DNA of 63,129 nt from a virus: UHGV virus genome UHGV-0087599; one strand, 5' to 3'. The first letter of the stretch is position 1, and each line of letters opens with the position of its first letter. Positions 34,831 through 44,296 of this stretch are shown here, in pieces. The notes under the pieces were generated by a model. The model was not told the DNA's origin and did not search any database. It was given only the letters and a program-made list of their open reading frames with translations. The position numbers and the translations under genes were made by a program.

Positions 34831-35429
34831 TTGACACATCCAAAACATTGCAGCAGCTCGCTACCGAGTTCGGTGTGCCGCCCAAAATCATCCTTGCCAG
34901 GCTGCGTAACGAGAAGTCCATCGAAGAAAGTTTCACCGCGCCGTACACAGTCAGTGCCGCATATACGGCGCCGGATGGGCGAAGTGTGACGAACCTGCGA
35001 GAGCTGGCGCGGGAACACGGTATCAACTACCTCACGTTGCGCAACCGGCTGGCATCCGGCTGGTCCATGGAAGACGCACTGAAGACGCCGAGAAGGGCTG
35101 TGTCCGTAGACCTCGACAAGCGCTATGGTATGCCCATCATGGAATGGCTCAAGCAGTCCGGCATCACCAAGGCGCAGTTCAACAGTCGCATCTCTCGTGG
35201 GTGGGACCCGGAGCGAGCCGCCCGGCAGGGCAAGAGCTTCGAGGCTGCCGTCCTGTATCGCTTCCCTGACGCCGACATCAAGACCGTGCTTTCCAGTATG
35301 TCTGAACACGGTATCTCCGAGCAGGCTGTCCGCAAGCGTATGGCTGAAGGCTGGCCGCTGGAGAAGTGCATCACTGTCCCTGCTGTCCTGCCGCTGGCTA
35401 AGGTCCATGCCGCTGTGCCGAAGGAGTAA
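34827..35429 (+). CDS. protein built from 4 tandem repeats of about 40 aa, each HTH-like (L..LA.E.GI....L..RL..GWS.E.AL..P); probable DNA-binding protein
   Basis: Repeats visible at PKIILARLRNEKSIEESF / TNLRELAREHGINYLTLRNRLASGWSMEDAL / IMEWLKQSGITKAQFNSRISRGWDPERAA / LSSMSEHGISEQAVRKRMAEGWPLEKCI. Confidence 0.5.
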   Translation: MIDTSKTLQQLATEFGVPPKIILARLRNEKSIEESFTAPYTVSAAYTAPDGRSVTNLRELAREHGINYLTLRNRLASGWSMEDALKTPRRAVSVDLDKRYGMPIMEWLKQSGITKAQFNSRISRGWDPERAARQGKSFEAAVLYRFPDADIKTVLSSMSEHGISEQAVRKRMAEGWPLEKCITVPAVLPLAKVHAAVPKE

Positions 35430-35436
35430 CAGCACC

Positions 35437-37086
35437 ATGTTCAAGTTCGGCAACAACCTCGTCGTTTTCCCCGAGGAAGGTCAGATGGTGGCGGAGGTGA
35501 CTGACCCTGTGAGCGTGGCGCACATGAAAAACCTCAACACCATCTCGACCTTCCCCATAGCGATGATGGACAGGCCGGGCGGAGCATTGCTCATCCAGCT
35601 TCCCTGGACAGAGGAAGGGTGTCGTATCCTGCAAAACATGGGTATCGACACCGTAGGTGCTTCGCCTATGTATCACGCCACGGATACGCCCCTTGTCGAA
35701 GGAAAATTCAAACCGCTCAAGCACCAGTTGCTCACCGCTGCCTTCCTGACTTTGTACGACAAGAGTTATGTCTTGTCTGAGCCCAGGCTAGGCAAGACAG
35801 GCAGCATCATTCTGGCTATGGACTATCTTCAGCGGCATCGGGCATTGATTGGTGGTGTCCTCATCATCACGACGTACACCACCATCCATAGCGTTTGGGC
35901 CAGTGGTATCAAGGAGACGCTCCCCAACGCCATCGTGCAGATAGTACATGGTCCGACGCGCGCTGCTGACCTTCAGCGTCCGGCTGATTTTTATGTCACC
36001 AATTACGAGTCGGTACGTCTCGATGATAAAGCATTCCGAGACGCTGTCAGGGATTCTCGTATCGGTGCCGTCATCATCGACGAACTGACACATCTCGGGA
36101 ATCCCGAGAGCAAGCGGAGCAAGGCCATTCAGAAGTTGTGCCAGCGGGTGCGTGCAGACTTGCGTGTCGTCGGTATAACTGGTTCTCCGGCTGATGACCC
36201 TGAAGCTGTGTACGGCATGGTCAAGTGTGTCACGCCGACGCGCCTGCCGGTGACTACCAAGACGGCATGGAAAGACCTCGTGATGTTCAAATGGGGCAGC
36301 CTGCCGTGGCAAAAGGACATCCGGGCCAGTGCGAGCCAGACCATATTCAACACGATGCAGCCCGCAATCAGGTTCAAGAAGTCCGAAGTCCTCGACTTGC
36401 CGCCCGTCACAGAACAGGTGCGGAGCTGTGAGCTCACCAAAGAACAGGAGCGGCATCGTGACAAGCTGCGGGTCGATGCCCTGACCATCATGGCCAATGG
36501 CGAAGTCATCACGGCAGCAAATGGCGGTGTTCTTCTCCAGCGTCTCATGCAGATATACCTCGGGGTCATCAAGGGTGGTGATGGGAAGGCCATCGAGCTC
36601 GACCATGCCCCCAGGACACAGGTGATGCTCGACGCCATAGCTGAGACGAATCGCAAGGTAGTCATCTTCTGTTCCTACATCGCCGGTGTGCGTATGCTCA
36701 CCAAAGAGATAGAAGCCGCAGGTTACACGACGGCATTCATAGACGGTAGTGTCACCGGTCAGAAGCGGGCTGCCATCCTGTCGGACTTCCAGAACGCCAA
36801 AGACCCTCATGTTCTGGTGTGTCATCCGACGACGGTAGGTTTCGGTACGGAATTGTCTGCTGCGGATACGATGATTTTCGCGAACCCATTGTTGCTTGGG
36901 GGCTTCGCCTATACACAGGCGCTCGAACGCCTGAGTTCCGTGCGGCAGAAGGCAGACAATATTAACATCATCCACATCGTAACATCGCAAGACGAACGCC
37001 GTATATTGCGCAGGCTCCAGGCCGGACACTCGGAAGCTATGGACATCGCCGGGCTGTTCGAGGCTTTTGTCAAAGGAAATGATTGA
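35437..37086 (+). CDS. SF2 helicase (SNF2/DEAD-like), 549 aa
   Basis: Walker A PRLGKTG; DEAH-like VIIDELTHL; C-terminal helicase domain; AAGGAG ribosome-binding site; start moved to MFKFGNN. Confidence 0.8.
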   Translation: MFKFGNNLVVFPEEGQMVAEVTDPVSVAHMKNLNTISTFPIAMMDRPGGALLIQLPWTEEGCRILQNMGIDTVGASPMYHATDTPLVEGKFKPLKHQLLTAAFLTLYDKSYVLSEPRLGKTGSIILAMDYLQRHRALIGGVLIITTYTTIHSVWASGIKETLPNAIVQIVHGPTRAADLQRPADFYVTNYESVRLDDKAFRDAVRDSRIGAVIIDELTHLGNPESKRSKAIQKLCQRVRADLRVVGITGSPADDPEAVYGMVKCVTPTRLPVTTKTAWKDLVMFKWGSLPWQKDIRASASQTIFNTMQPAIRFKKSEVLDLPPVTEQVRSCELTKEQERHRDKLRVDALTIMANGEVITAANGGVLLQRLMQIYLGVIKGGDGKAIELDHAPRTQVMLDAIAETNRKVVIFCSYIAGVRMLTKEIEAAGYTTAFIDGSVTGQKRAAILSDFQNAKDPHVLVCHPTTVGFGTELSAADTMIFANPLLLGGFAYTQALERLSSVRQKADNINIIHIVTSQDERRILRRLQAGHSEAMDIAGLFEAFVKGND

Positions 37087-37130
37087 CAACAGACCTGTGT
37101 AGATATATCCATTTTTATGGAGACAGTACC

Positions 37131-37430
37131 ATGAGAGTAAAATCACAGGAATTTATCGACTATCTGCGCGAGGTTCTGCCGCCTTTCTTCGCCCGCAAAG
37201 ATGTCGAAAAATTCACCCAGGGCATCATCACCCGCAAGCAACTGGAGATGATGGACTACAGAGGCACCGGTCCCACTTGTAGCAAGATGCGCACCAGGGT
37301 CTACTACAAGAAAGAGGACTTCATCGCATGGCTTGAACGCGCCGAAGGAGAATACCGTGTCGAAGACTATACGCAATATGGCGTCCGAATTGTCCGAAAT
37401 TCGGGCGAAGAAGAAGGCTCTCCAAGATAA
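37131..37430 (+). CDS. hypothetical protein, 99 aa; start moved to MRVKSQEF
   Basis: ORF immediately after the helicase gene. Confidence 0.4.
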   Translation: MRVKSQEFIDYLREVLPPFFARKDVEKFTQGIITRKQLEMMDYRGTGPTCSKMRTRVYYKKEDFIAWLERAEGEYRVEDYTQYGVRIVRNSGEEEGSPR

Positions 37431-37806
37431 TCTCACCGACATCATGGAGCAGGAAAAGGAACTTGAACGCAGCATCCTTCTGGAACTCGCTGCTGCCGGG
37501 TCGTCGTCCATGAAGATAGATGGCGTGGGCCGTCTTGTGGTCAAGGAAAAGGTCCGTTACGAAATAGCGGACAAGGAAGCGCTGGCCTATGCCGTGCTGC
37601 GCGGCATGGTTGAGAATGCTGAACAGGGCTTTGCTTTGAGTGACGGTTTGCTGTTGCAGCAGCGCGTCGCTGCCCGCAACTTCGAAGAACGCGCCGAGCG
37701 TGCCGGTCTCGAAGGCGAAGCCTTTGATAACTACATCGTGTCATGCGGCCTTCGCCGTGTGGCAGAACCCTCCCTCAATTTCACCAAGGAGAAGAACCAT
37801 GAGTGA
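37333..37806 (+). CDS. hypothetical protein; start uncertain (37333, 37378 or 37444), coiled-coil-like
   Basis: ORF overlapping its upstream neighbour; stop overlaps the next start (ATGAGTGA). Confidence 0.35.
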   Translation: MNAPKENTVSKTIRNMASELSEIRAKKKALQDNLTDIMEQEKELERSILLELAAAGSSSMKIDGVGRLVVKEKVRYEIADKEALAYAVLRGMVENAEQGFALSDGLLLQQRVAARNFEERAERAGLEGEAFDNYIVSCGLRRVAEPSLNFTKEKNHE

Positions 37807-39028
37807 GACCAATCTTGTTCCTGTCGTCGTCAATAACCAGCCCCCTGTGCTCGCCGACGGGCAGTTCTCTGGTGTCGTTGACACCCTGATGGACAACGCT
37901 TTCTCCGGCTTCGGCGCCGGGCTGCGTATCCTCAAGCCGGGGAAGATGAGCTTCAAGCTCATCGAGAATCGTCAGGAAGTCGACATCCCCAACGGTCAGG
38001 TCTTTGGCGTCCTTCTGGGCGTGGCGCCTTGCAACTATGCTTCGTGGTATGCCAGACAGTATGCTCCCGGGCAGGAACCGTCTCGCCCTGACCTCGTGTG
38101 GATGATGCCTACGGCTGACACGTTCCCCGACGCGCTTCCTCCTGAATACCACCAGAAGGTGAGCGTCAACGGTCAGGAGCGCTGGGGTTTCCGTATCGCC
38201 AGACGTACCGTGTGGGCCCTGATGACCAACCAGAACGGGCAGTTCTACCTCGACCTTGAACGTCCCGTCGTCCTGGACATCACCAGCACCAGCCTCTACG
38301 GCAACTCTGACCCGCGCAGCAACAGCTATCGCTGGGGCGGCATCAAGGGCTTCTGTGACCGTCACAGCCAGCCCGGGGTTTTCCGCTGCAACCCGGCCAT
38401 GTTCGTGACCCAGATTATCCTTGACCCGCAGAGCCCTGTCTCCGGCGTCATGCTGTTCCGTCCCAACCTTGACCAGAACGGTAATCCGGCTTACCTTGAC
38501 AGCCAGACTTACACGTCTGTAATCCAGACGGCCAGCACTGAGCGCATCACTGAAATGCTGCGCGTCAACGAAATCCTGACCTATACCCCCAATGGTGTCG
38601 GTGCTACCCAGCCCGTCCCTGCGGCGGTCAATATCGGCAACAGTGCGCAGGTTATGCAGCCCATGGCCCAGCCGGTGCAGCAGCCCGTGGCCCAGCCGGT
38701 GCAGCAGCCCGTGGTCCAGCCGGTGCAGCAGCCCGTGGCCCAGCCTGCGCCTCAGCCTGTGCAGCAGCCCGTGGCCCAGCCTGCGCCTCAGCCTGTGCAG
38801 CAGCCCATGGCCCAGCCTGCGCCTCAGCCTGTGCAGCAGCCCATGGCCCAGCCCGCGCCTTCTGGTATGAATGACATGCTGTCCCGAGCTGCGGCTGTGC
38901 TGGATGGTGCTCCCGCTGCCCAGCCTGCTCCGGCTCCCGCTGCCCAGCCTGCCCCTATCCAGGCCAATGTGAGCAAGGAAGCCTCTGATGCCCTCACGGG
39001 CATTCTGGCTGATGTTGCCGGTTACTAG
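37799..39028 (+). CDS. hypothetical protein, 409 aa, with C-terminal QPV(A/M)QP tandem repeats
   Basis: Start moved to MSETNLVPVV; repeat tract 38640..38960. Confidence 0.5.
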   Translation: MSETNLVPVVVNNQPPVLADGQFSGVVDTLMDNAFSGFGAGLRILKPGKMSFKLIENRQEVDIPNGQVFGVLLGVAPCNYASWYARQYAPGQEPSRPDLVWMMPTADTFPDALPPEYHQKVSVNGQERWGFRIARRTVWALMTNQNGQFYLDLERPVVLDITSTSLYGNSDPRSNSYRWGGIKGFCDRHSQPGVFRCNPAMFVTQIILDPQSPVSGVMLFRPNLDQNGNPAYLDSQTYTSVIQTASTERITEMLRVNEILTYTPNGVGATQPVPAAVNIGNSAQVMQPMAQPVQQPVAQPVQQPVVQPVQQPVAQPAPQPVQQPVAQPAPQPVQQPMAQPAPQPVQQPMAQPAPSGMNDMLSRAAAVLDGAPAAQPAPAPAAQPAPIQANVSKEASDALTGILADVAGY

Positions 39029-39057
39029 TTGACAGACAACTCGTAGACGGCTATATA
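39029..39057 (+). promoter_or_regulatory. near-consensus sigma70-type promoter (TTGACA-17 nt-TATATA) upstream of the primase-helicase gene, followed by an 11-bp imperfect hairpin at 39062..39091
   Basis: ttgacagacaactcgtagacggctatatat begins immediately after the stop of 37799..39028. Confidence 0.55.
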
Positions 39058-39248
39058 TGCTCCATGAGGTGGTCGACCAACCACTTCATGGAGCCTCAAC
39101 CTGAACAAGAAGGTTTTCACGGAGGCGGGAATCGAGGGAAGTCTGGATTTATGAGGGCTTGAAGCACCCTCGTGTCCGCCCAGACTGAATGGTGGTTCTA
39201 CTGAGATTCCCTCCTCCCTGAAAACCTTCTTTTCATAGGACACAGCGT

Positions 39249-42200
39249 ATGCTTCAGCAAACAAGACGTTTCCTTTCGAGTCTGCTCCCCCCGCTCCCTC
39301 CCCGTGAAGACTCTTTCAGCTTCCCCACATATTTTTCTCTGGGTATCAAAGACGGTTCCCGTCGGCAGAGCCCTTGCCCCAGTATCGACGACATAATCTC
39401 CGAAGGATTTTCCCTGTCGTCACAGGGCTACAACGCCTACTTCGCCCTCGCTTCTTTCGCTGATGGTGCGGCAGGTCGCAAGCAGGTGAATGCGCGTACC
39501 CTCAAAGCCTTCTGGGTTGACCTCGATGTCGGTAAGCAAGGTATCTCCTACCCTACCATTCAATTCGCAGCCTTTTGCCTGAACCGTTTCGTGCGCGAGA
39601 CGGGTCTCAATCCGTCGTGGATTATCCATTCCGGTAAGGGCCTGCATGTATATTGGGCCCTGTCTGAACCTGTGCCGGTCTCCTGGTGGCGCCGCGTCGC
39701 TTTCATGCTGGAAAAGGAATGCGCCGCTTTCGACCTGTGGGCTGACCCCGCTTGCACCAAAGACCCGGCGCGTGTGTTGCGTCTTCCAGGCACCATCCAT
39801 CAAGGCACTGGAAACACCGTATCCGTGGTGCGGGAGACCGGCTGGGTATGGGAGCCGCACAAGTTCGTAGAAGTCATGCTGACTTCGATGGCGGAGAAAC
39901 ATCCCGATGCCATCATCAAGCTCAAGGCCGAGCTCAAGCCTGCGGTTCCTCAGAACATCGCGCAGACGCCGCAGCCTGTGGCATTGACCGGCAATGCTCT
40001 GTTCTCCGATGGCATGGGGTTCACATCTTCCGCACCGGTGGCGAAGTCCGAACCCATAGTGCGCGGCTGCCGTCAGATGCTCTTCTCCGGTAAGGGGCAA
40101 GAGCCGCACTGGTATGCCGCCATGTCCGTGTTCAAGCGCTGTGTGGACGGCAGGGAGTGGGCACATGCTGTGTCGGCTTTGGATAAGGAACGCTACAACC
40201 CTGCGGACTGCGACGCAAAGTTCGACCGTGCCCCTGATGACGCTCCTGCCCGGTGCGACCGTTTCGACAGCTTGAATCCCGGGGTATGTCCTACATGTCC
40301 GCACTGGGGCAAAATCACATCCCCTGTGCAGTTGTGGCGGAAGTCGCAGAATGCCGGTGAAACGTTCGTGCAGCAGCCTGTGGCCCAGCCGGTGCAGCAG
40401 CCCATGGCCCAGCCTGCGCCTCAGTCGGTGCAGACCATGCCGCAGCCTGCGGCCCAGCCGGTGCAACGCCTCATCATCCCGGAAGTCTTCGACCACCCGC
40501 GCATCGGGTTCCGCAGCAAGCGCTACAGCGTGGATGACAGAGGATGCATCTGGCACAAGTCGGAGAAACAGGATGACGGTTCGTGGGTGACGACAGACCA
40601 TATCCTCACCACATCCCAAGTCTATTACATCAAGTCGGAATGGACATACACGAATGGTGTTTCTGAGCGGTCGCATTGGTTCGAAGTGCGCCACAAGCAT
40701 GGGGCTGTCGAACTGATGCGCTTGCCTGCTTCCACGCTGGCAAGCAATCAGAGCCTTATGGCCGCGCTCAATTCTTCCAACATCCTCTCGTGTAACCTTG
40801 ACATGTACACCCCTAAAATATTTGCAAGTTTTATGAACAGCTACCTTCGCAGTGTTTTGGAAAACGGGTACAGTACAGAGATTCAGACGCGGGATGTGTT
40901 CGGGTGGACGGACATTACCGACCCCGTGACGAACCAGCCCACGTTGGGTTTTGGCGTGGGCCATGGTGTCATCACAGATACCGGCATCCACGACATGGTG
41001 TATAAAGGCTCGGCTGAAAAGCTGGCGAAGAAGGAACTGTCCATCAAGGGCGATCTCGACAAATGGAAGTACGTCCCGCAGATGTACCGCATCCTCAATC
41101 AGCCTGCTGCCCAGCTCGCTATCTGCCTGTCCTTCGCGGCTCCGCTCATGCACTATGGCCCGGGCGTCGTGCGTTCCGCTGCCTACTCTTTGTGGAGCAC
41201 CACATCCGGCAAGGGCAAGTCGCAGGTGTTGTGCTCTGCCGCATCCATCTGGGGGCATCCTGAAGAGCAGTTCGTGCAGCGCAATTCCTCTGCCGTCATG
41301 CGGATGCGGAAAATGGCCGTGCTGAACAATCTGCCCGTCTACATGGACGAACTTTCGGACATGAAAGACGAAGACCTCTATGCCCTCGCCTACAGCCTCA
41401 TGGGCAATCAGGAGAAGCAGAAGCTCAAGAGCAATGGCGCTGAGATGGTCGACACCGGTTCGTGGTCTACGGTCACGTTTATCACGTCGAACAAGTGCAT
41501 CAAGGAAGCCGTTGCCCGCCATGCCGGGGATTCGGAGGCCAGTATCGTGCGCGTGATGGAGTACGAATGCGACTTCCCCTCGTATGCCGACAAGCCGGAA
41601 GTGCAGGAATATATCCACGCGTGCATGGATGCCTGCAAGACGAACTACGGACTCGCCGGGCCAGAATTCATTTATCAGGTCTTGAAGCACAGAGACCGGC
41701 TGGCGACGCTCACGCAGCAGGTAGAGACGTGGTGTCGTAAATACGGCTTCGACAACTCGGAACGCTTCCTGAGCTATCCCTTGGCGATGGCGATGAAGGC
41801 CGGGCGCTGGGCTGTGGAGTATGGTCTGTTGGACTATGACATGGACGCGCTGGAGAACTGGGTCATCAATGTCTTCGTTCCGCATAACCGTCGCAGCACC
41901 GAAGCGAATACGTCTGACCCCGTGCATATGCTGACAACGTACCTCATGGAGCGCCAGCTCAATATGCTGGTGGTCAGGGCCAATCATCGCGATAAGACCA
42001 TGCCCGAGCAGCCGCATGGGGTACCGGACAAGTACATCGTGAGTCTACCAAACAATAGGGATATCACCATGCGGGCCGTGCTGGCGACGCAGGAATTGTA
42101 CATCTCGCGTTCCGACCTGCACAAATGGCTCAAGACCCAGAAGCATTCGCCTTCCAATCTCTGGAAGCGTCTCGAAGACAGAGGCATCACAGCCAAAGAT

Positions 42201-42350
42201 ACGACCAAGAATTTTGGTGAGAATATCGGCTGGATGCAGCTCCCCAATACACGCTGCTACAGGCTCGACGCGACAAGCGTGAAGCGGCTTGGCTTCAACA
42301 TCAAGGATGCCCCGTCCCTTGAGGCCACGGCAAACGTGAAAGTCCTGTAA
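39249..42350 (+). CDS. bifunctional primase-polymerase (AEP prim-pol) fused to a D5-like SF3 helicase, 1033 aa
   Basis: AEP motifs FWVDLDVG and HSGKGLHVYW. Walker A TTSGKGKS and Walker B PVYMDELSD in the C-terminal half. QPV repeat tract near 40375..40470. Confidence 0.8.
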   Translation: MLQQTRRFLSSLLPPLPPREDSFSFPTYFSLGIKDGSRRQSPCPSIDDIISEGFSLSSQGYNAYFALASFADGAAGRKQVNARTLKAFWVDLDVGKQGISYPTIQFAAFCLNRFVRETGLNPSWIIHSGKGLHVYWALSEPVPVSWWRRVAFMLEKECAAFDLWADPACTKDPARVLRLPGTIHQGTGNTVSVVRETGWVWEPHKFVEVMLTSMAEKHPDAIIKLKAELKPAVPQNIAQTPQPVALTGNALFSDGMGFTSSAPVAKSEPIVRGCRQMLFSGKGQEPHWYAAMSVFKRCVDGREWAHAVSALDKERYNPADCDAKFDRAPDDAPARCDRFDSLNPGVCPTCPHWGKITSPVQLWRKSQNAGETFVQQPVAQPVQQPMAQPAPQSVQTMPQPAAQPVQRLIIPEVFDHPRIGFRSKRYSVDDRGCIWHKSEKQDDGSWVTTDHILTTSQVYYIKSEWTYTNGVSERSHWFEVRHKHGAVELMRLPASTLASNQSLMAALNSSNILSCNLDMYTPKIFASFMNSYLRSVLENGYSTEIQTRDVFGWTDITDPVTNQPTLGFGVGHGVITDTGIHDMVYKGSAEKLAKKELSIKGDLDKWKYVPQMYRILNQPAAQLAICLSFAAPLMHYGPGVVRSAAYSLWSTTSGKGKSQVLCSAASIWGHPEEQFVQRNSSAVMRMRKMAVLNNLPVYMDELSDMKDEDLYALAYSLMGNQEKQKLKSNGAEMVDTGSWSTVTFITSNKCIKEAVARHAGDSEASIVRVMEYECDFPSYADKPEVQEYIHACMDACKTNYGLAGPEFIYQVLKHRDRLATLTQQVETWCRKYGFDNSERFLSYPLAMAMKAGRWAVEYGLLDYDMDALENWVINVFVPHNRRSTEANTSDPVHMLTTYLMERQLNMLVVRANHRDKTMPEQPHGVPDKYIVSLPNNRDITMRAVLATQELYISRSDLHKWLKTQKHSPSNLWKRLEDRGITAKDTTKNFGENIGWMQLPNTRCYRLDATSVKRLGFNIKDAPSLEATANVKVL

Positions 42351-42388
42351 ATACAGAGGCAAACAGCGGGCATAGATAGAAACAAGAA

Positions 42389-42443
42389 AGCCCTCTCATG
42401 TCGACCAATGCGGGCGGAGTGTCGACATGAGGGGGCTTTTTTT
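42389..42443. terminator. bidirectional rho-independent terminator at the convergence of the plus and minus gene blocks
   Basis: agccctctcatgtcgac...gtcgacatgagggggct followed by TTTTTTT; the minus strand has TTTCTTGTTT after the same stem. Confidence 0.7.
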
Positions 42444-42495
42444 GTATCCGGCATCCTGGGGGGAACGGGAGGTAAAACCAGGACGACGGAAATGT

Positions 42496-43098
42496 TTATT
42501 CGGCGATGTCGATGGTGATGGGGATACTGCTCACAGCCGTACCATTGCAGTTCGTGGCGCACACGCTCATGGAGAACTGTCCCGATACGTTCGGTGTGCC
42601 GGACAGTGTGACCGTGTTGGCTTTGGTCTCGACCTGCATCCAGTCAGGGGCACCGTTCGCCCCCAGGGTCATAGGCATCGAACCCTGGAACGCCACATGC
42701 CCCATCCACGGCTGGCCCTTCGTACAATCCGGGAGCGCATAACCACCGACTTCCACCGGTTCACATTCACACGGACCTTCGCAGCAGGTGTAATTGCACA
42801 CAAGGTCTTTGATGGCGGCGATGATAGTGGGAGAAACGGTGCGGATACAGGCGCCGTATGCGAACGCTTGGGGTTTGGTGCCCCCGATACCGCGTTCCAG
42901 CAGCAGTGTGCCGTGGTCGTTCCGCACCTTCACGGTCTCCATATCGGTGTCGCCGACGATGGACAGGTAGGTGTAGTCGTCTTCACCACTGAGCAGGTCG
43001 AGAAGGTCAGCCTTGGCCTTCCCGACGATAGGTAGGTCGAGGTCGCTGGCTTCGAGCTTGCGTATCAGGAATGTGGCGAAATACTTGTTTTTGAACAC
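42496..43098 (-). CDS. putative Ig-like domain structural protein, 200 aa
   Basis: Last gene of the minus-strand structural block; C-terminal beta-rich region with Cys (CCEGPCECEP...CATNCNG). Confidence 0.4.
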   Translation of the reverse strand: MFKNKYFATFLIRKLEASDLDLPIVGKAKADLLDLLSGEDDYTYLSIVGDTDMETVKVRNDHGTLLLERGIGGTKPQAFAYGACIRTVSPTIIAAIKDLVCNYTCCEGPCECEPVEVGGYALPDCTKGQPWMGHVAFQGSMPMTLGANGAPDWMQVETKANTVTLSGTPNVSGQFSMSVCATNCNGTAVSSIPITIDIAE

Positions 43099-43113
43099 GA
43101 CTGTGTCTCCTGT

Positions 43114-43704
43114 CTACTTGCTTGCAGCAAGCCTGTGTTCAAGTTCTACTACACGCCTTTCGAGTTTGGCAAGCGCTTCTTCAGAAGCGAACCCGGTATG
43201 CCCGCTGTTGGCGTAGTCGAGATTGGACAGTGCGCGGTGGTCACTCGTTCCGGGAGGGCCGGGAGGGCCCTGCTTGCCTGGGGAGCCGGTTCTCCCGGTA
43301 GCTCCCGGGCGTCCTTCCGGGCCCTGCTTTCCGGGCGGGCCAGGGTCGCCCTTCGGGCCGGGAATGCCCTTCGGGCCAGGTACTCCGCGCAGACCGCGCT
43401 TCCCAGGGATACCTTGTCTACCGGTTTCACCAGGAGGGCCGGGAGGGCCGGGAGGTCCCTGCTTGCCGGGAGGACCGGTGAGACCCTGCTTGCCGGGGGA
43501 ACCCGGTTCCCCTTTGGGACCAGTCTTACCGGTGTTGCCGGTGTTACCCTTGTCGCCCTTCAGCGGTTCGCCCCACCGCAGGAGGCAAGGCGAAGAACTG
43601 TCAAAGATGAGAGCTTGTCCATCCTTGCCACCGGGCGGGATACCGATGACGGGATTGACAGGGTAGCCTTCATCGCAACCGTAAGGGATGTCGTGCCGTG
43701 CCAT
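43114..43704 (-). CDS. collagen-like (Gly-X-Y)n repeat tail-fibre protein, 196 aa
   Basis: About 40 uninterrupted G-X-Y triplets (GKDGQ...[22 protein letters not shown]...GPPGPPG) followed by a coiled-coil C-terminus. Confidence 0.8.
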   Translation of the reverse strand: MARHDIPYGCDEGYPVNPVIGIPPGGKDGQALIFDSSSPCLLRWGEPLKGDKGNTGNTGKTGPKGEPGSPGKQGLTGPPGKQGPPGPPGPPGETGRQGIPGKRGLRGVPGPKGIPGPKGDPGPPGKQGPEGRPGATGRTGSPGKQGPPGPPGTSDHRALSNLDYANSGHTGFASEEALAKLERRVVELEHRLAASK

Positions 43705-44295
43705 TTATACCTCTTCGTCACACGTCCCAAGCATGAATTGTACCTGGGCCATGTCGATAATGTGTTCACTGCATCGAGGACCGTAGTCTATATCGAACCG
43801 CGCCAAAACGCAAAACAGCGGCTTGGGGGGCAGGTGCACCGGAGAATGGATACTCAGGTCAGGAACACACGGAGAATCAACAGGATGCGGTGTATCACGG
43901 AGGGTGCGGAGCATTCGGAAATCGAGTGGCTTGTTGAGTGCCGGATGATACTGCAACACACCGGTGTAGCGTCCCCAAGGCAGTGTACGGAACACATCGG
44001 GGATACGGAACTCCACAGTGCCATCTTCTCCCCAGGAGAATGCTCTGCATACGATAGGGGCGAAGTCAGGCGGTGCAGGATTCGCCACATCGACATCGAC
44101 GCGATGCCCCGGCCAGCAACCGTGCAGATACCATGGACTGCCGCCGGTGTGACACCCGCAAGCGCAATCATTGTCGACTTGCCCGGGCATGATGGTCAGT
44201 ATGACGTTGCGCCAGTCCTGCAAGATGCGATTGTTACGCCAGTCTTTGATACGGATACCGATGCGGGTGACATCTTCGGTGAGCGACAGAATCAT
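43705..44295 (-). CDS. hypothetical structural protein, 196 aa
   Basis: ORF. Confidence 0.4.
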   Translation of the reverse strand: MILSLTEDVTRIGIRIKDWRNNRILQDWRNVILTIMPGQVDNDCACGCHTGGSPWYLHGCWPGHRVDVDVANPAPPDFAPIVCRAFSWGEDGTVEFRIPDVFRTLPWGRYTGVLQYHPALNKPLDFRMLRTLRDTPHPVDSPCVPDLSIHSPVHLPPKPLFCVLARFDIDYGPRCSEHIIDMAQVQFMLGTCDEEV

Positions 44296-44296
44296 C

